A DNA stretch of 58,940 bases from an uncultured Candidatus Saccharibacteria bacterium. GTDB taxonomy: Bacteria; Patescibacteriota; Doudnabacteria; UBA920. The stretch covers positions 101,608 through 160,547 of the forward strand of contig CAYLIB010000002.1 in the NCBI GenBank assembly GCA_964384035.1, written 5' to 3'. Position numbers and translations under genes: made by a program. Below are positions 35,470 to 44,563 of this stretch, one piece after another (positions within the stretch are counted from its first letter, which is position 1; every line of letters begins with the position of its first letter). Below the pieces are notes generated by a model that ran no database searches, was not told the origin of the DNA, and worked only from the letters and a program-made list of their open reading frames with translations.

Positions 35470-37023
35470 ATGACGAAACAAGAACAAGCAAAACTCATTC
35501 TGAGTCAGGATCCTCATATCTTGGCTTATGCGCAAAAAGTCGCGAAAGCTGTGGTAAACCTATCACCTCTCCCGAGCCACTCCCATATTCAGCCGAGAGC
35601 ACTTTTGGTTGGTGGTTTTGTCCGTGACGCATTTCGCGGTACAGGGTCAAAAGATGGCGACCTCGAAGTTTATGGTGTGTCATCCGAGGTATTGATCCAG
35701 CTTCTGATTGAACTTTTCGGTAGAGAGAAGGTTAATCTAGTAGGTGAACAGTTCAAGGTTATCAAGGTTTCTGTCGAAAATGGTATCGAGTTAGATATCT
35801 CTATCCCCAGACTCGACTCCAAAGCTGGCCGCGGACACAGAGGCTTCAACATCCTTGGAGATCCTTCACTCAGTATCAAAGACGCTGCTAAGAGACGAGA
35901 CTTCACAATCAACAGCATGGCTGCCGACCCTCTCACAGGGGAGGTGTTTGATCCATTTGGTGGGTGTGAGGATATTGAATCCGGAATCCTCCGCGCAACA
36001 GACCCTGAGCACTTTGGTGACGACGTGCTTCGTGTCTACAGAGCGGTGCAGTTCGCCGCACGTTTCGAGATGCAGATTGACCCTGCAACATTCGAGCTTA
36101 TGAAAGAAATGGTTCAGGGTAGTGAATTTTCAGAACTTCCATTCGAAAGAATTAGCGAAGAAATGAAAAAGCTGCTGCTTAAGAGCAAGGCACCTTCCAT
36201 TGGGTTTAATCTAATGAGGGACTTGGGTATCTTGGAAATTCATTTCCCGGAGATCCATGCGCTCATTGGTGTCGAACAAGATCCAGAATGGCACCCAGAA
36301 GGCGATGTGTTCATTCACACGCTCATGGTTGTCGACGAGGCAGCAGCAATTATCCGCCGGGAAGGTTTTTCCGAAGAAGAATCCCTCGCGGTAATGTATG
36401 GTGCTTTGGGTCATGACTTCGGAAAACCTGCAACCACCGCTTTTGAAGAAGGGCGATGGAGAAGCAGGGGACATGAAGAAGCAGGTGTCGACCCTTGTCG
36501 GAAATTTGGCAACAGGATGAAGCTTAAGAGTGAGCTCATCCGAACAATGGAAGCTGTTTCCGCGGATCACCTAAAACCCGCAGAACTCTTTCGAAGTCTG
36601 GAGAAGGGTAGTCTAGGAGAAACCTCTTACGCAAACGCCGTCAGGCGATTGCTAAAAAGAATCTCACCTACTCCTTGGCGAGTAGCGATCGCTGTTTCAG
36701 AAGCCGACTCAAAAGGTAGAGCCATCCCAGGGGTTAAAGAAGCACCTTATCTGCCAGGTCTCAAGCTTGCTGAAGTCGTAACCGAAAAACACCTGGACGT
36801 AGTAGCTAAAACCGACCTCGTCTATGGTCGCGATATTCTCGCTATGTGTAAAGAGCTAGGTTTCAGCTTCCCACAAACCGAAAGATTTCATTTCGGAATC
36901 TGGATAAAAGAAGTTGAGAACCTAAGGGACGAAGGCAGAATTACCGAAAGGGAGCAAGGCCTAGAATTAGTCCGGGAAAAGCTTCTTGCTTACATCAAAG
37001 AAAAAACCGAACCAAACGAGTGA
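35470..37023 (+). CDS. cca: CCA-adding enzyme / tRNA nucleotidyltransferase with HD domain
   Basis: LLVGGFVRDAF...DGDLEV (pol-beta NTase head), RRDFTINSMA and an HD region (HDFGKP). The start is chosen at MTKQEQ after gaggt; the track start is 35428. Confidence 0.85.
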   Translation: MTKQEQAKLILSQDPHILAYAQKVAKAVVNLSPLPSHSHIQPRALLVGGFVRDAFRGTGSKDGDLEVYGVSSEVLIQLLIELFGREKVNLVGEQFKVIKVSVENGIELDISIPRLDSKAGRGHRGFNILGDPSLSIKDAAKRRDFTINSMAADPLTGEVFDPFGGCEDIESGILRATDPEHFGDDVLRVYRAVQFAARFEMQIDPATFELMKEMVQGSEFSELPFERISEEMKKLLLKSKAPSIGFNLMRDLGILEIHFPEIHALIGVEQDPEWHPEGDVFIHTLMVVDEAAAIIRREGFSEEESLAVMYGALGHDFGKPATTAFEEGRWRSRGHEEAGVDPCRKFGNRMKLKSELIRTMEAVSADHLKPAELFRSLEKGSLGETSYANAVRRLLKRISPTPWRVAIAVSEADSKGRAIPGVKEAPYLPGLKLAEVVTEKHLDVVAKTDLVYGRDILAMCKELGFSFPQTERFHFGIWIKEVENLRDEGRITEREQGLELVREKLLAYIKEKTEPNE

Positions 37024-37044
37024 GTAACTCGCTTGGTTCTTTTT
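37009..37044 (+). terminator. Intrinsic terminator overlapping the cca stop
   Basis: gaaccaaacgag-tgagtaa-ctcgcttggttc followed by ttttt. Confidence 0.7.
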
Positions 37045-37060
37045 ATTTAAAGGAGGAATT

Positions 37061-37993
37061 ATGGCGAATTTTGTTATCTCTCAAAAAGGGATGTTTGAGT
37101 GTATGGTTCCAGGTCCAAAAAGATCCGGTAAGGTTAGAGATGTTTATACTTTAGGGCAGAATAGGCTTCTTATAGTTGCAACAGATCGTATCTCTACTTT
37201 CGATTGCGTACACCCAAATCCAATTCCAGGTAAAGGAGTAATTCTTACTATGCTTTCTAATTTTTGGGCACAAAAGTTCACTCACATTGTACCCTATCAT
37301 TTAATAACCGATAGTGTGAAATACTATCCGAGTCCCTACTCGCAGTTTACTCAAGAACTAGCAGGTAGATCACAATTAGTAAGAAAGTGTGAGGTTATTC
37401 CCTTCGAATGTGTCGTTAGGGGGTTTCTTAGTGGAGGGGGTTGGGAAGAATATAAAAATTCTGGTCAAATCTGTGGTATTAGGTTGCCATCTGGTCTCTT
37501 AGAGTCAGGCAAATTACCTGAACCAATATTCACACCAGCCACTAAAGAAGTTTCAGGGCATGATCAAAACATTTCTTACGATTATATGGCAGAAAAAATC
37601 GGTGCTGATCTCTCAGAGAAATTAAGACAAATATCTCTAACCCTTTTCGCTCTAGCCTCAAGGTATGCTGAGAGTGTTGGAATAATAATCGCCGATACAA
37701 AGTTTGAGTTTGGATTAAGAGATAGTCAATTGTTTCTAGTAGATGAAATTTTAACCCCCGACAATACTCGTTTTTGGAAAAATTGTGGGTACGAACCTGG
37801 TGGGGGTCAAGAATCGCTAGATAAGCAATACGTTAGGGATTTTGTCATTAACAATGGCTGGAGTAAGAACCCGCCAGCTCCAGAACTACCTCAAGATGTC
37901 GTAGCTAACACTCAAATCAAGTACGCTGAGATTTTCAAAATTCTAACAGGAGACGAAATAACCCTATCGGGTGAAGCGTTAAAATATGGCTAG
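37061..37993 (+). CDS. purC: Phosphoribosylaminoimidazole-succinocarboxamide (SAICAR) synthase
   Basis: GKVRDVY, ATDRISTFD, IIADTKFEFG and LVDEILTPDNTRFW; AGGAGG SD. Confidence 0.88.
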   Translation: MANFVISQKGMFECMVPGPKRSGKVRDVYTLGQNRLLIVATDRISTFDCVHPNPIPGKGVILTMLSNFWAQKFTHIVPYHLITDSVKYYPSPYSQFTQELAGRSQLVRKCEVIPFECVVRGFLSGGGWEEYKNSGQICGIRLPSGLLESGKLPEPIFTPATKEVSGHDQNISYDYMAEKIGADLSEKLRQISLTLFALASRYAESVGIIIADTKFEFGLRDSQLFLVDEILTPDNTRFWKNCGYEPGGGQESLDKQYVRDFVINNGWSKNPPAPELPQDVVANTQIKYAEIFKILTGDEITLSGEALKYG

Positions 37994-38087
37994 ATACTGG
38001 CCTTTTTTTATTTATTTACTACATTCGACAATTCTGAAAGTTTATAGTAAAATTCGATATTTGTCGGACAGTACAAGTTTTAATCAC

Positions 38088-38106
38088 GGTGATCCTCAGG
38101 ATTACC
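38088..38106. promoter_or_regulatory. 19-bp near-perfect palindrome in the pspA leader (candidate operator)
   Basis: ggtgatcct-c-aggattacc, arms matching 8/9; lies between a promoter-like tcgaca-17-taaaat element and the SD. Confidence 0.3.
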
Positions 38107-38143
38107 TAAATATCAACACTTGAAACAAATAAGGAGGTCCACT

Positions 38144-38929
38144 ATGTGGGCAAGACTGAAACGTCTCTTTCGAGCAATTTTTGGTGGCCTGATTTCATCC
38201 GCGGAAGATCCGGAGTTAATTCTGGAACAACTCATCCGTGATATGAATGACGAAGTGCCGAAACTTCGTTCCAATGTAGCTGAAGTTATGGCGAATGAAA
38301 AACGTCTCGAACGAGAAATAGAGCGTGATCAGGAAAAAGTCACGTCTTTAGACGGTAAAATTAAGGCCGCCATTCGTATGGGGCAGGATGACATCGCCAA
38401 GTCGATGATCGCCGAGATGAATCTCGCTCAAAAGTCGCTAGAGACGACAAAAGCAAATCTCGCCACTGCCAGTGCTGCTTCTCTAAAGGCGCGCGAGTAC
38501 TTGGACAATTACATGGCTCAAGTACGTCGTCGTCAAGCAGAAGCGATGCAGCTTATTTCGGCCAGCAAGCAGGCTGCCATGCAAGAAAAAATGGCTGCTA
38601 CCATGGCCGCTTTCCAAGTCGGTGACGCAACACACACGTTCGATGATATGCGTGAAAAGATTGATCAACGTTCCGCTACGGCCGAAGCCAAAATGGAGCT
38701 TGGTTTGAATACCTTCGATGCGAAGATGCAGTCGTTCGACAATGATGTCGCAAAGCTCGAAGCAGGTGATCAGCTTTTGGCTTACAAGCGCCAAATGGGT
38801 TTGATCCCGGCTGAGGAAGAAAATCCGCCCCTCGGCGAAGGTGCACCCAGCTTGCGCCGCGAACTCAATCCCGCGAATGAAGAAAGCGCTGTAAGCGTAG
38901 ACCCGCGACTCCGCGAACTCGCCAACTAA
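38144..38929 (+). CDS. pspA: PspA/IM30 (Vipp1) family protein
   Basis: MWARLKRLFRA...AEDPELILEQLIRDMNDE is the canonical PspA N-terminus, followed by long coiled coils. AAGGAGG lies 6 nt upstream. The track start at 38120 (TTG) is unlikely. Confidence 0.85.
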   Translation: MWARLKRLFRAIFGGLISSAEDPELILEQLIRDMNDEVPKLRSNVAEVMANEKRLEREIERDQEKVTSLDGKIKAAIRMGQDDIAKSMIAEMNLAQKSLETTKANLATASAASLKAREYLDNYMAQVRRRQAEAMQLISASKQAAMQEKMAATMAAFQVGDATHTFDDMREKIDQRSATAEAKMELGLNTFDAKMQSFDNDVAKLEAGDQLLAYKRQMGLIPAEEENPPLGEGAPSLRRELNPANEESAVSVDPRLRELAN

Positions 38930-39012
38930 AACTTATATCCACTAAATGTGGGTTTTTTATTTGGCGTAGATACGCGGATTTGGTAATATTACATATGTAT
39001 TAATCTTTTTTT

Positions 39013-40086
39013 ATGGACGGTATTGTCTTAAATCCAAAACCACAGATTTCAAGTATCCCTGAACCTATTCAGCCTATTTATAGCCCTCTTTCACCGCTGG
39101 CCAATTCGGCTCAAAGCTACCAACCTGAACCTGAGCTAGAGGACGATGAATGGGATCGAAAGCTAGATGAGATTGCACCCGTAACATCCTCTAGGCCTGC
39201 TCCGGTTATGCCTAGTCAATCTATGGCCCCGAGTATAGCGCAAGAAGTCTCGGAAGGTCCGGTGTCTTATGCCGATGCTTCTATACAAGAGATAGACATT
39301 ACTAAGATTATCCCGAATCCTTTTCAACCCAGAAAAATCTTCGACGAACGCGCCTTAAACGAACTCGCTGAGTCCATAAAGGAGCACGGTGTTATTCAGC
39401 CGCTCGTGGTTACAGAAACGGCAAATGGTTATGAGTTGGTTGTAGGAGAGAGACGTTTCCGTGCGAGTCAATTGGCAGGTGTGGCAAAAGTACCAGCAAT
39501 TGTAAAAAGACAAATGCAGGACCAAACAAAGCTCGAGGTCGCATTAATAGAAAACATTCAACGCCAAGAACTTAACCCAATCGAAGAGGCTCAAGCTTAC
39601 GAAAGGTTAATGAAAACATTTAATCTTACTCAAGAACAAGTAGCAAAGAAAGTAGGAAAGAGTAGGCCTGCAGTTGCAAACACCGTTCGACTTTTAAACT
39701 TACCCGCAGAAATTCAACGAGGTGTTATAGAAGGAAAAATATCTGAAGGTCATGCCAGGGCAATTTTAGGACTCCAAGATTACGAAAGGCAATTACAGTT
39801 ATATAAACTTATAATTGAACAAGGTCTGAACGTAAGACAGGTTGAACAAAAGGTAAGAGAAGTTAGTTTAAGGCGTCAATTAGACGCCGCTAATATGGAT
39901 CCTAAGTTTGTAGCTTTAGAGTCTGAGTTAAGGCAAAAATTATCCGCGCAGGTCAAAATACAGCGCAGTGGAAAAGGCGGTAAAATCACAATTGAATTCT
40001 TTAGTGAGGATGAACTGAAAGAAATAATGGGTAGAATGACTAGAATAAAAGAAGCAGAGCAAAACAATCAATATTTAACAGTTTAA
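39013..40086 (+). CDS. parB: Chromosome partitioning protein ParB/Spo0J with ~90-aa N-terminal extension
   Basis: IIPNPFQPRK, GVIQPLVV, GERRFRAS and HTH LTQEQVAKKVGKSRPAVANTVRLLNLP. Confidence 0.9.
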   Translation: MDGIVLNPKPQISSIPEPIQPIYSPLSPLANSAQSYQPEPELEDDEWDRKLDEIAPVTSSRPAPVMPSQSMAPSIAQEVSEGPVSYADASIQEIDITKIIPNPFQPRKIFDERALNELAESIKEHGVIQPLVVTETANGYELVVGERRFRASQLAGVAKVPAIVKRQMQDQTKLEVALIENIQRQELNPIEEAQAYERLMKTFNLTQEQVAKKVGKSRPAVANTVRLLNLPAEIQRGVIEGKISEGHARAILGLQDYERQLQLYKLIIEQGLNVRQVEQKVREVSLRRQLDAANMDPKFVALESELRQKLSAQVKIQRSGKGGKITIEFFSEDELKEIMGRMTRIKEAEQNNQYLTV

Positions 40087-40089
40087 GTA

Positions 40090-40536
40090 ATGAAGAAAAT
40101 AATTAGCTGGCTAGGGCATAACGCATTGTATTTATCTTTCGGTATCGCTTTGACCGCGACGTTGGGTAGTTTGTTTTTTAGCGAAGTAATGAATCTTCCT
40201 CCGTGTGTGCTTTGCTGGTATCAGAGGGTTTTCATATATCCACTCTTTCCTATTTTTCTAGTCGGAATTTTAAGAAAAGATCCAAAGGTTCATTGGTACG
40301 CATGGCCGCTTGTAATTCCTGGGCTTTTGATATCTGTCTTTCATAATCTTCTATACTGGAAATTGTTGCCAGAGGCAGCAGCTCCTTGTGTAGCTGGAGT
40401 GTCCTGTACAACAAAGTTCTTTGAGTGGTTCGGTTTTATAACTATCCCATTCCTCTCACTAACGGCATTCGTAGCACTAACTATTCTTATGGTTATCTAT
40501 ACCAAAAGACATAAAATTAATCTCCCACAAATCTAG
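40090..40536 (+). CDS. DsbB/BdbC family disulfide bond formation protein
   Basis: Four TM helices; PPCVLCWYQR plus a second Cys pair CVAGVSC. Confidence 0.8.
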   Translation: MKKIISWLGHNALYLSFGIALTATLGSLFFSEVMNLPPCVLCWYQRVFIYPLFPIFLVGILRKDPKVHWYAWPLVIPGLLISVFHNLLYWKLLPEAAAPCVAGVSCTTKFFEWFGFITIPFLSLTAFVALTILMVIYTKRHKINLPQI

Positions 40537-40537
40537 T

Positions 40538-41182
40538 ATGCAGAAAGAAGCAAAAATTTTAATTTCTATAGGTGCTGGTATATTAGTTATTCTTTTTGGT
40601 ATTTTCCTTTGGTACCAACAGAACACAGCTCTTAACGATTCTAAGCCGGTTGACGATAAAAAATTAATCAGAACAGATAGTCAGATCATAGGTAAAAAAG
40701 ATGCACCCAACACACTCGTAGAGTTTGGGGACTTTCAATGCCCTGCGTGTGGGGCAGCTCATCCATTTTTAAAGGAACTTCTAAATGGAGAATACAAAGA
40801 TAAAGTAAGGTTAGTTTTTAGAAATTTTCCTCTTTCTCAGCACAAGAACGCATATCCATCAGCCCAAGCAGCCGAGGCAGCAGGAAAACAAGGTAAATAT
40901 ACTGAAATGCATGACAAGATTTATGAGACTCAAAATGAATGGAGTAATTCAAGTGACCCCAAGGAAACATTTATCGGTTATGCCAAGCAATTAGGTTTAG
41001 ACGAAAAGAAGTTTGAGTCCGATTATAATGACTCATTTCTAAAGGAAAGAATAAAGTTAGATGTAGATGATGGTAATGAGCTAGGTGTAAACTCTACTCC
41101 AACATTCTACTTAAATGGAGAGAAGTTAGAGATAAAAGATTTTCGAAAATTTAAGGAAGAGTTAGGAGCAAAGTTAAAATAA
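40538..41182 (+). CDS. DsbA-like thiol:disulfide oxidoreductase (thioredoxin fold)
   Basis: N-terminal TM anchor; active site FQCPAC; TPTFYLNG. Confidence 0.85.
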   Translation: MQKEAKILISIGAGILVILFGIFLWYQQNTALNDSKPVDDKKLIRTDSQIIGKKDAPNTLVEFGDFQCPACGAAHPFLKELLNGEYKDKVRLVFRNFPLSQHKNAYPSAQAAEAAGKQGKYTEMHDKIYETQNEWSNSSDPKETFIGYAKQLGLDEKKFESDYNDSFLKERIKLDVDDGNELGVNSTPTFYLNGEKLEIKDFRKFKEELGAKLK

Positions 41183-41183
41183 T

Positions 41184-41639
41184 ATGTTAGCAACCGTTCA
41201 TGTCGCCGTAGGCGCGGCTATCGGTAGGTATATAGGTGATCCTTACATTGTTGCACCGTTGTCTTTTATTAGCCATTATTTTCTAGACGCCGTACCCCAC
41301 TTTAAGTGGAAAAAATTAAAACTCAAAAAAAATCACCATATGAATGTTAGGGCATTCAGGGCTTTGTGGTATGAAGCCATAGAGCCGCTGGTTGCTTTTT
41401 CGCTTGCAGTATATCTATACGTTCTTGCCCCGGAAAGCTTAAAATTTCCTGTACTAATAGGCATAGTATTTAACCAGATCCCAGATCTTCTAGTTCTCCT
41501 TGAATGGCGCTATGGTATAAATCGCCCTTTCCCTATAAGGCAAATAGAAAATGCAACCCACAGACATTCTATTAGTTTTATGGGTGTTGCAAATCAGATA
41601 TTCGTACTTGTACCAATTATGTACTATCTATTAAAATAA
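41184..41639 (+). CDS. Hypothetical membrane protein
   Basis: 151 aa with hydrophobic segments; no sharp motif. Confidence 0.45.
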   Translation: MLATVHVAVGAAIGRYIGDPYIVAPLSFISHYFLDAVPHFKWKKLKLKKNHHMNVRAFRALWYEAIEPLVAFSLAVYLYVLAPESLKFPVLIGIVFNQIPDLLVLLEWRYGINRPFPIRQIENATHRHSISFMGVANQIFVLVPIMYYLLK

Positions 41640-41708
41640 GTTTTGCATTACGGTAATATCTTGTGGGTTAGTTGAATAGTTCGTGTCCTACGCTAACTTT
41701 AGGTTATG

Positions 41709-41782
41709 CGGAATATAGTATAGTGGTAGTACGCGTCCATGGGGTGGATGTAGTTCCGGTTCGATTCCGGATATTCCGACCA
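41709..41782 (+). tRNA. tRNA-Pro(GGG), CCA encoded
   Basis: Acceptor cggaata/tattccg, U8, D arm gtat-agtggta-gtac, anticodon stem cgtcc/ggatg, loop atGGGgt (G37), T arm tccgg-ttcgatt-ccgga, A73, CCA. Confidence 0.88.
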
Positions 41783-41828
41783 TAAGTTATCGCAGGATAA
41801 ATTTGAGTTAAGTTAAGACTAGTTACTT

Positions 41829-41868
41829 TATATATAAATACGATCCGTAAGGATCGTATTTATATATA
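41829..41868. terminator. Perfect 18-bp AT-rich hairpin between convergent tRNA-Pro and the minus-strand ORF
   Basis: tatatataaatacgatcc-gtaa-ggatcgtatttatatata. There is no clean U-run on either strand, so terminator function is only inferred. Confidence 0.5.
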
Positions 41869-41888
41869 AAAAAAGAACCTAAGTGGTT

Positions 41889-42290
41889 CTAGAAATCGGT
41901 ATTCTCAGTGTGTCGGGTATATTTGTCGAAGATCACCAGTTTGTATGAGTCCTGGTCATCTTCGCTAACTGAAAATGAAAAAAAGTTTGTGCTTGTGCTA
42001 AATTCTTTGCCTTCCAATAACTTAAGAATTTCCAGACCCTCGGCTTGGTCCACTGCTAGGCCAAGTTCTGCTAATCTGTTCGCAACATGTACTTTTTTGG
42101 CCTTCCTGGTATAACAGAAAGTCCGAACAATAAGGTTCGCGAACACATTGTGGGGAAGGAAGCAGTCCGAAAACATTTTACAGCATTTATTGTTTCGGTC
42201 TTGTACGTTCTCATAATCTGCTAAATCAAACAAGCAGTACAAACGTCTTTTAATCTCCTCAATCGTAAGTGGGTATCTGAAAGCAGTCAT
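41889..42290 (-). CDS. Hypothetical protein
   Basis: 133-aa ORF with GGAGG upstream on the minus strand; no motif. Confidence 0.5.
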   Translation of the reverse strand: MTAFRYPLTIEEIKRRLYCLFDLADYENVQDRNNKCCKMFSDCFLPHNVFANLIVRTFCYTRKAKKVHVANRLAELGLAVDQAEGLEILKLLEGKEFSTSTNFFSFSVSEDDQDSYKLVIFDKYTRHTENTDF

Positions 42291-42427
42291 AAATAACCTC
42301 CATGGTGTACGGTTTATATAAAAAGAATAGCTAGTATACTATAAAATAACAGCTTAGTCAAGTATCTAAGTGGAAAATTAGCCATTGACGGCTTTTTTTT
42401 GTGGTGCTAGCATAGGCTAATCTTTGT

Positions 42428-44032
42428 ATGATACCTACTCAAGTCACGTCAAAAGAGTCTACCGAATCCAAAACTTACCGCACCTTAACTAGTTGGAGTA
42501 AGTTACCGTATCCGTACACTATAAACAGTGTTCGGAATAATTTTGCTTCACTCAAAGAATCGGTTCTTGTTAAGCGTCCTGTGCTTAGGGAAATCTATTC
42601 AGAATATGGCAATTTATCACCTTTAGACTACGAAAAGGTATTCATAGAGCACACGCTAGGTAACTTATATAAATCCAGAAGACCAGAACTGATGTCTGTA
42701 ATAAAAGAAGTACTTACTCCTAGATTAGGTGAGGGGGTTACCGTTGAGGTTATTAGTCAACTTGAAAAGACCAATTTTGTCTCAACCGCAGATCATCACG
42801 GTCCAGTCCTGGATCCATATTTTATAAATTCTAACCTAACTACCGCCTTGGCAGGTCAAAATTTCTCAGACCCGCTAAAATACTTGGTGGTTTTTTCGTG
42901 TGCAAATGTTTCCCTAAATAACTCTACATTTCCCAGGGGCTTAAGTTTTACCTCTGAGACTTCCTATGGAATGAGGAGAATAAAACTTCCATTCTTCGAA
43001 GCATCTAGCAGGCTTTCTCCGGTAATAAATTTTAGACCTTATGTTCAAAAAGATATAGATCGACTGAAAAAAGAATTCAGAAAACTTTCGACTTCTGGGA
43101 TGATTAAAAAGAATGTCGAAGAAAACTTTCTCGACATTTTTTCTAGGATTTATGATAACGATTATATAAAGTCTCTTTCTTCTTTCTCAGAACAAGTAAC
43201 AGCCACTAATCTTTTACTCTGGGATGAGATTTTTAAGTCAGATTCCCAAAAGCAGAAACTTGTTTATATAGAACAGGAAAAAATCGTCTCTGAGCTAATT
43301 CGTAAAATACATTTAAATAAAGACACTCTAATTTCAGATATATTATTTGACCAAAAATCCAGGCAGGTTTTTCGAGAAGTCTATGAAGGTGTAGAGGGTG
43401 GATTTAGCGAAGCAAATAAAGCAGGTTCATTTCTTTTTTGGGCATTACCTAAGGGTTCTAAATATAGAATTCAGTTATGGCTAAAAGATAATACACTAGC
43501 AAATGAGGATGGCAGTATTGTCTATGAGTTATCTAGAACTAGTCTGGAGACTGCTCTCCAAGAAGGGGAGCTAATTCCTAGCATGCTTCTCACCTTCGTT
43601 GTTCTGTCCTTTTACTATGGACTTAACTGTTTAGGTGGATTTTGTCAGGTTAACTATCTTACAAATATGAAAGAGCGTTTTTCAGAATATCTTCAATTAG
43701 TCGGAACTAACTTTGACAATCATTTGGGAGTAGAGACAAAACGTCTGTGTGAGGGTATGAGTATCGCTTTCCTTCAAAACAGTAAAGGAAAGAGCTCTCT
43801 TGCTACTGGCCTAGACTTATTGCTATATGGAACTCCAAATTTTAAGGAAAGGCTTACTAAAACGGCCAAAACAATTACTGTTTCAAAAGCGCTAGACGTA
43901 ATGCTGCCAGAATTTTATACAGTTATGTACGGAGAGTTAGAAAGGTCTCCTCAACTATTAAACTTAACAGCAAGTGATATCGCTGATCAGAATGGCTTAA
44001 ATGAGCTTGTCTGGCCTTGTGCAGTGCTATAA
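42428..44032 (+). CDS. Hypothetical protein (534 aa)
   Basis: Long ORF preceded by TTGACG-17-TAGCAT (42385-42413). No family recognised. Confidence 0.6.
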   Translation: MIPTQVTSKESTESKTYRTLTSWSKLPYPYTINSVRNNFASLKESVLVKRPVLREIYSEYGNLSPLDYEKVFIEHTLGNLYKSRRPELMSVIKEVLTPRLGEGVTVEVISQLEKTNFVSTADHHGPVLDPYFINSNLTTALAGQNFSDPLKYLVVFSCANVSLNNSTFPRGLSFTSETSYGMRRIKLPFFEASSRLSPVINFRPYVQKDIDRLKKEFRKLSTSGMIKKNVEENFLDIFSRIYDNDYIKSLSSFSEQVTATNLLLWDEIFKSDSQKQKLVYIEQEKIVSELIRKIHLNKDTLISDILFDQKSRQVFREVYEGVEGGFSEANKAGSFLFWALPKGSKYRIQLWLKDNTLANEDGSIVYELSRTSLETALQEGELIPSMLLTFVVLSFYYGLNCLGGFCQVNYLTNMKERFSEYLQLVGTNFDNHLGVETKRLCEGMSIAFLQNSKGKSSLATGLDLLLYGTPNFKERLTKTAKTITVSKALDVMLPEFYTVMYGELERSPQLLNLTASDIADQNGLNELVWPCAVL

Positions 44033-44054
44033 TAAAAGCAATTAATATAAAAAC

Positions 44055-44501
44055 ATGGAAAATACTCCAAATTCAATGGGTCAAGACATGCCACCTGTGC
44101 AATCACCTATGAACACTATGGTAAGTCCTAGTCTAGCTGGTATCGGCAAGAGGTTTGTCGCTATTATTATCGACTGTGTTATTGTGGGTGTAGTAATTGG
44201 TGCTCTAAGTTTCGGTCTAAAAGGTAGTGCCCTAGAAGGGCTACTAAGTGCAGTGATAGGTTTTGGTTATTTTATTTATTTTGAAGGTTCAGAGAGGCAA
44301 GCTACTCTTGGAAAACAAGTAATGGGTATAAGAGTAGTTACCGCAAATGGCGGTAAAGTAGACTTTGCGAAAGCTGCCGTTAGAAACTTAAGTAGAATAC
44401 TCTCCGGGATATTATTAATAGGTTACATAATGGCGTTATTTACAGAAAAAGAACAAGCCTTACACGATATGATTGCTGGGACAATAGTCGTTAGAAAATA
44501 A
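44055..44501 (+). CDS. RDD family membrane protein
   Basis: RFVAIIIDCVIVG...R...LHDMIAGTIVV layout typical of RDD domains. Confidence 0.7.
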   Translation: MENTPNSMGQDMPPVQSPMNTMVSPSLAGIGKRFVAIIIDCVIVGVVIGALSFGLKGSALEGLLSAVIGFGYFIYFEGSERQATLGKQVMGIRVVTANGGKVDFAKAAVRNLSRILSGILLIGYIMALFTEKEQALHDMIAGTIVVRK

Positions 44502-44563
44502 TTCGTACAATATAAAGCTGTCAATTTTTTGGCAGCTTTTTATTTAGACAATATAATTACATT

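Noticed and set aside
17575-37023. Alternative genetic code with UGA reassigned, as in some candidate phyla
   Set aside because: TGA terminates nfo (17575-17577) and cca (37021-37023) at family-typical lengths, and long housekeeping ORFs are unbroken under the standard code.
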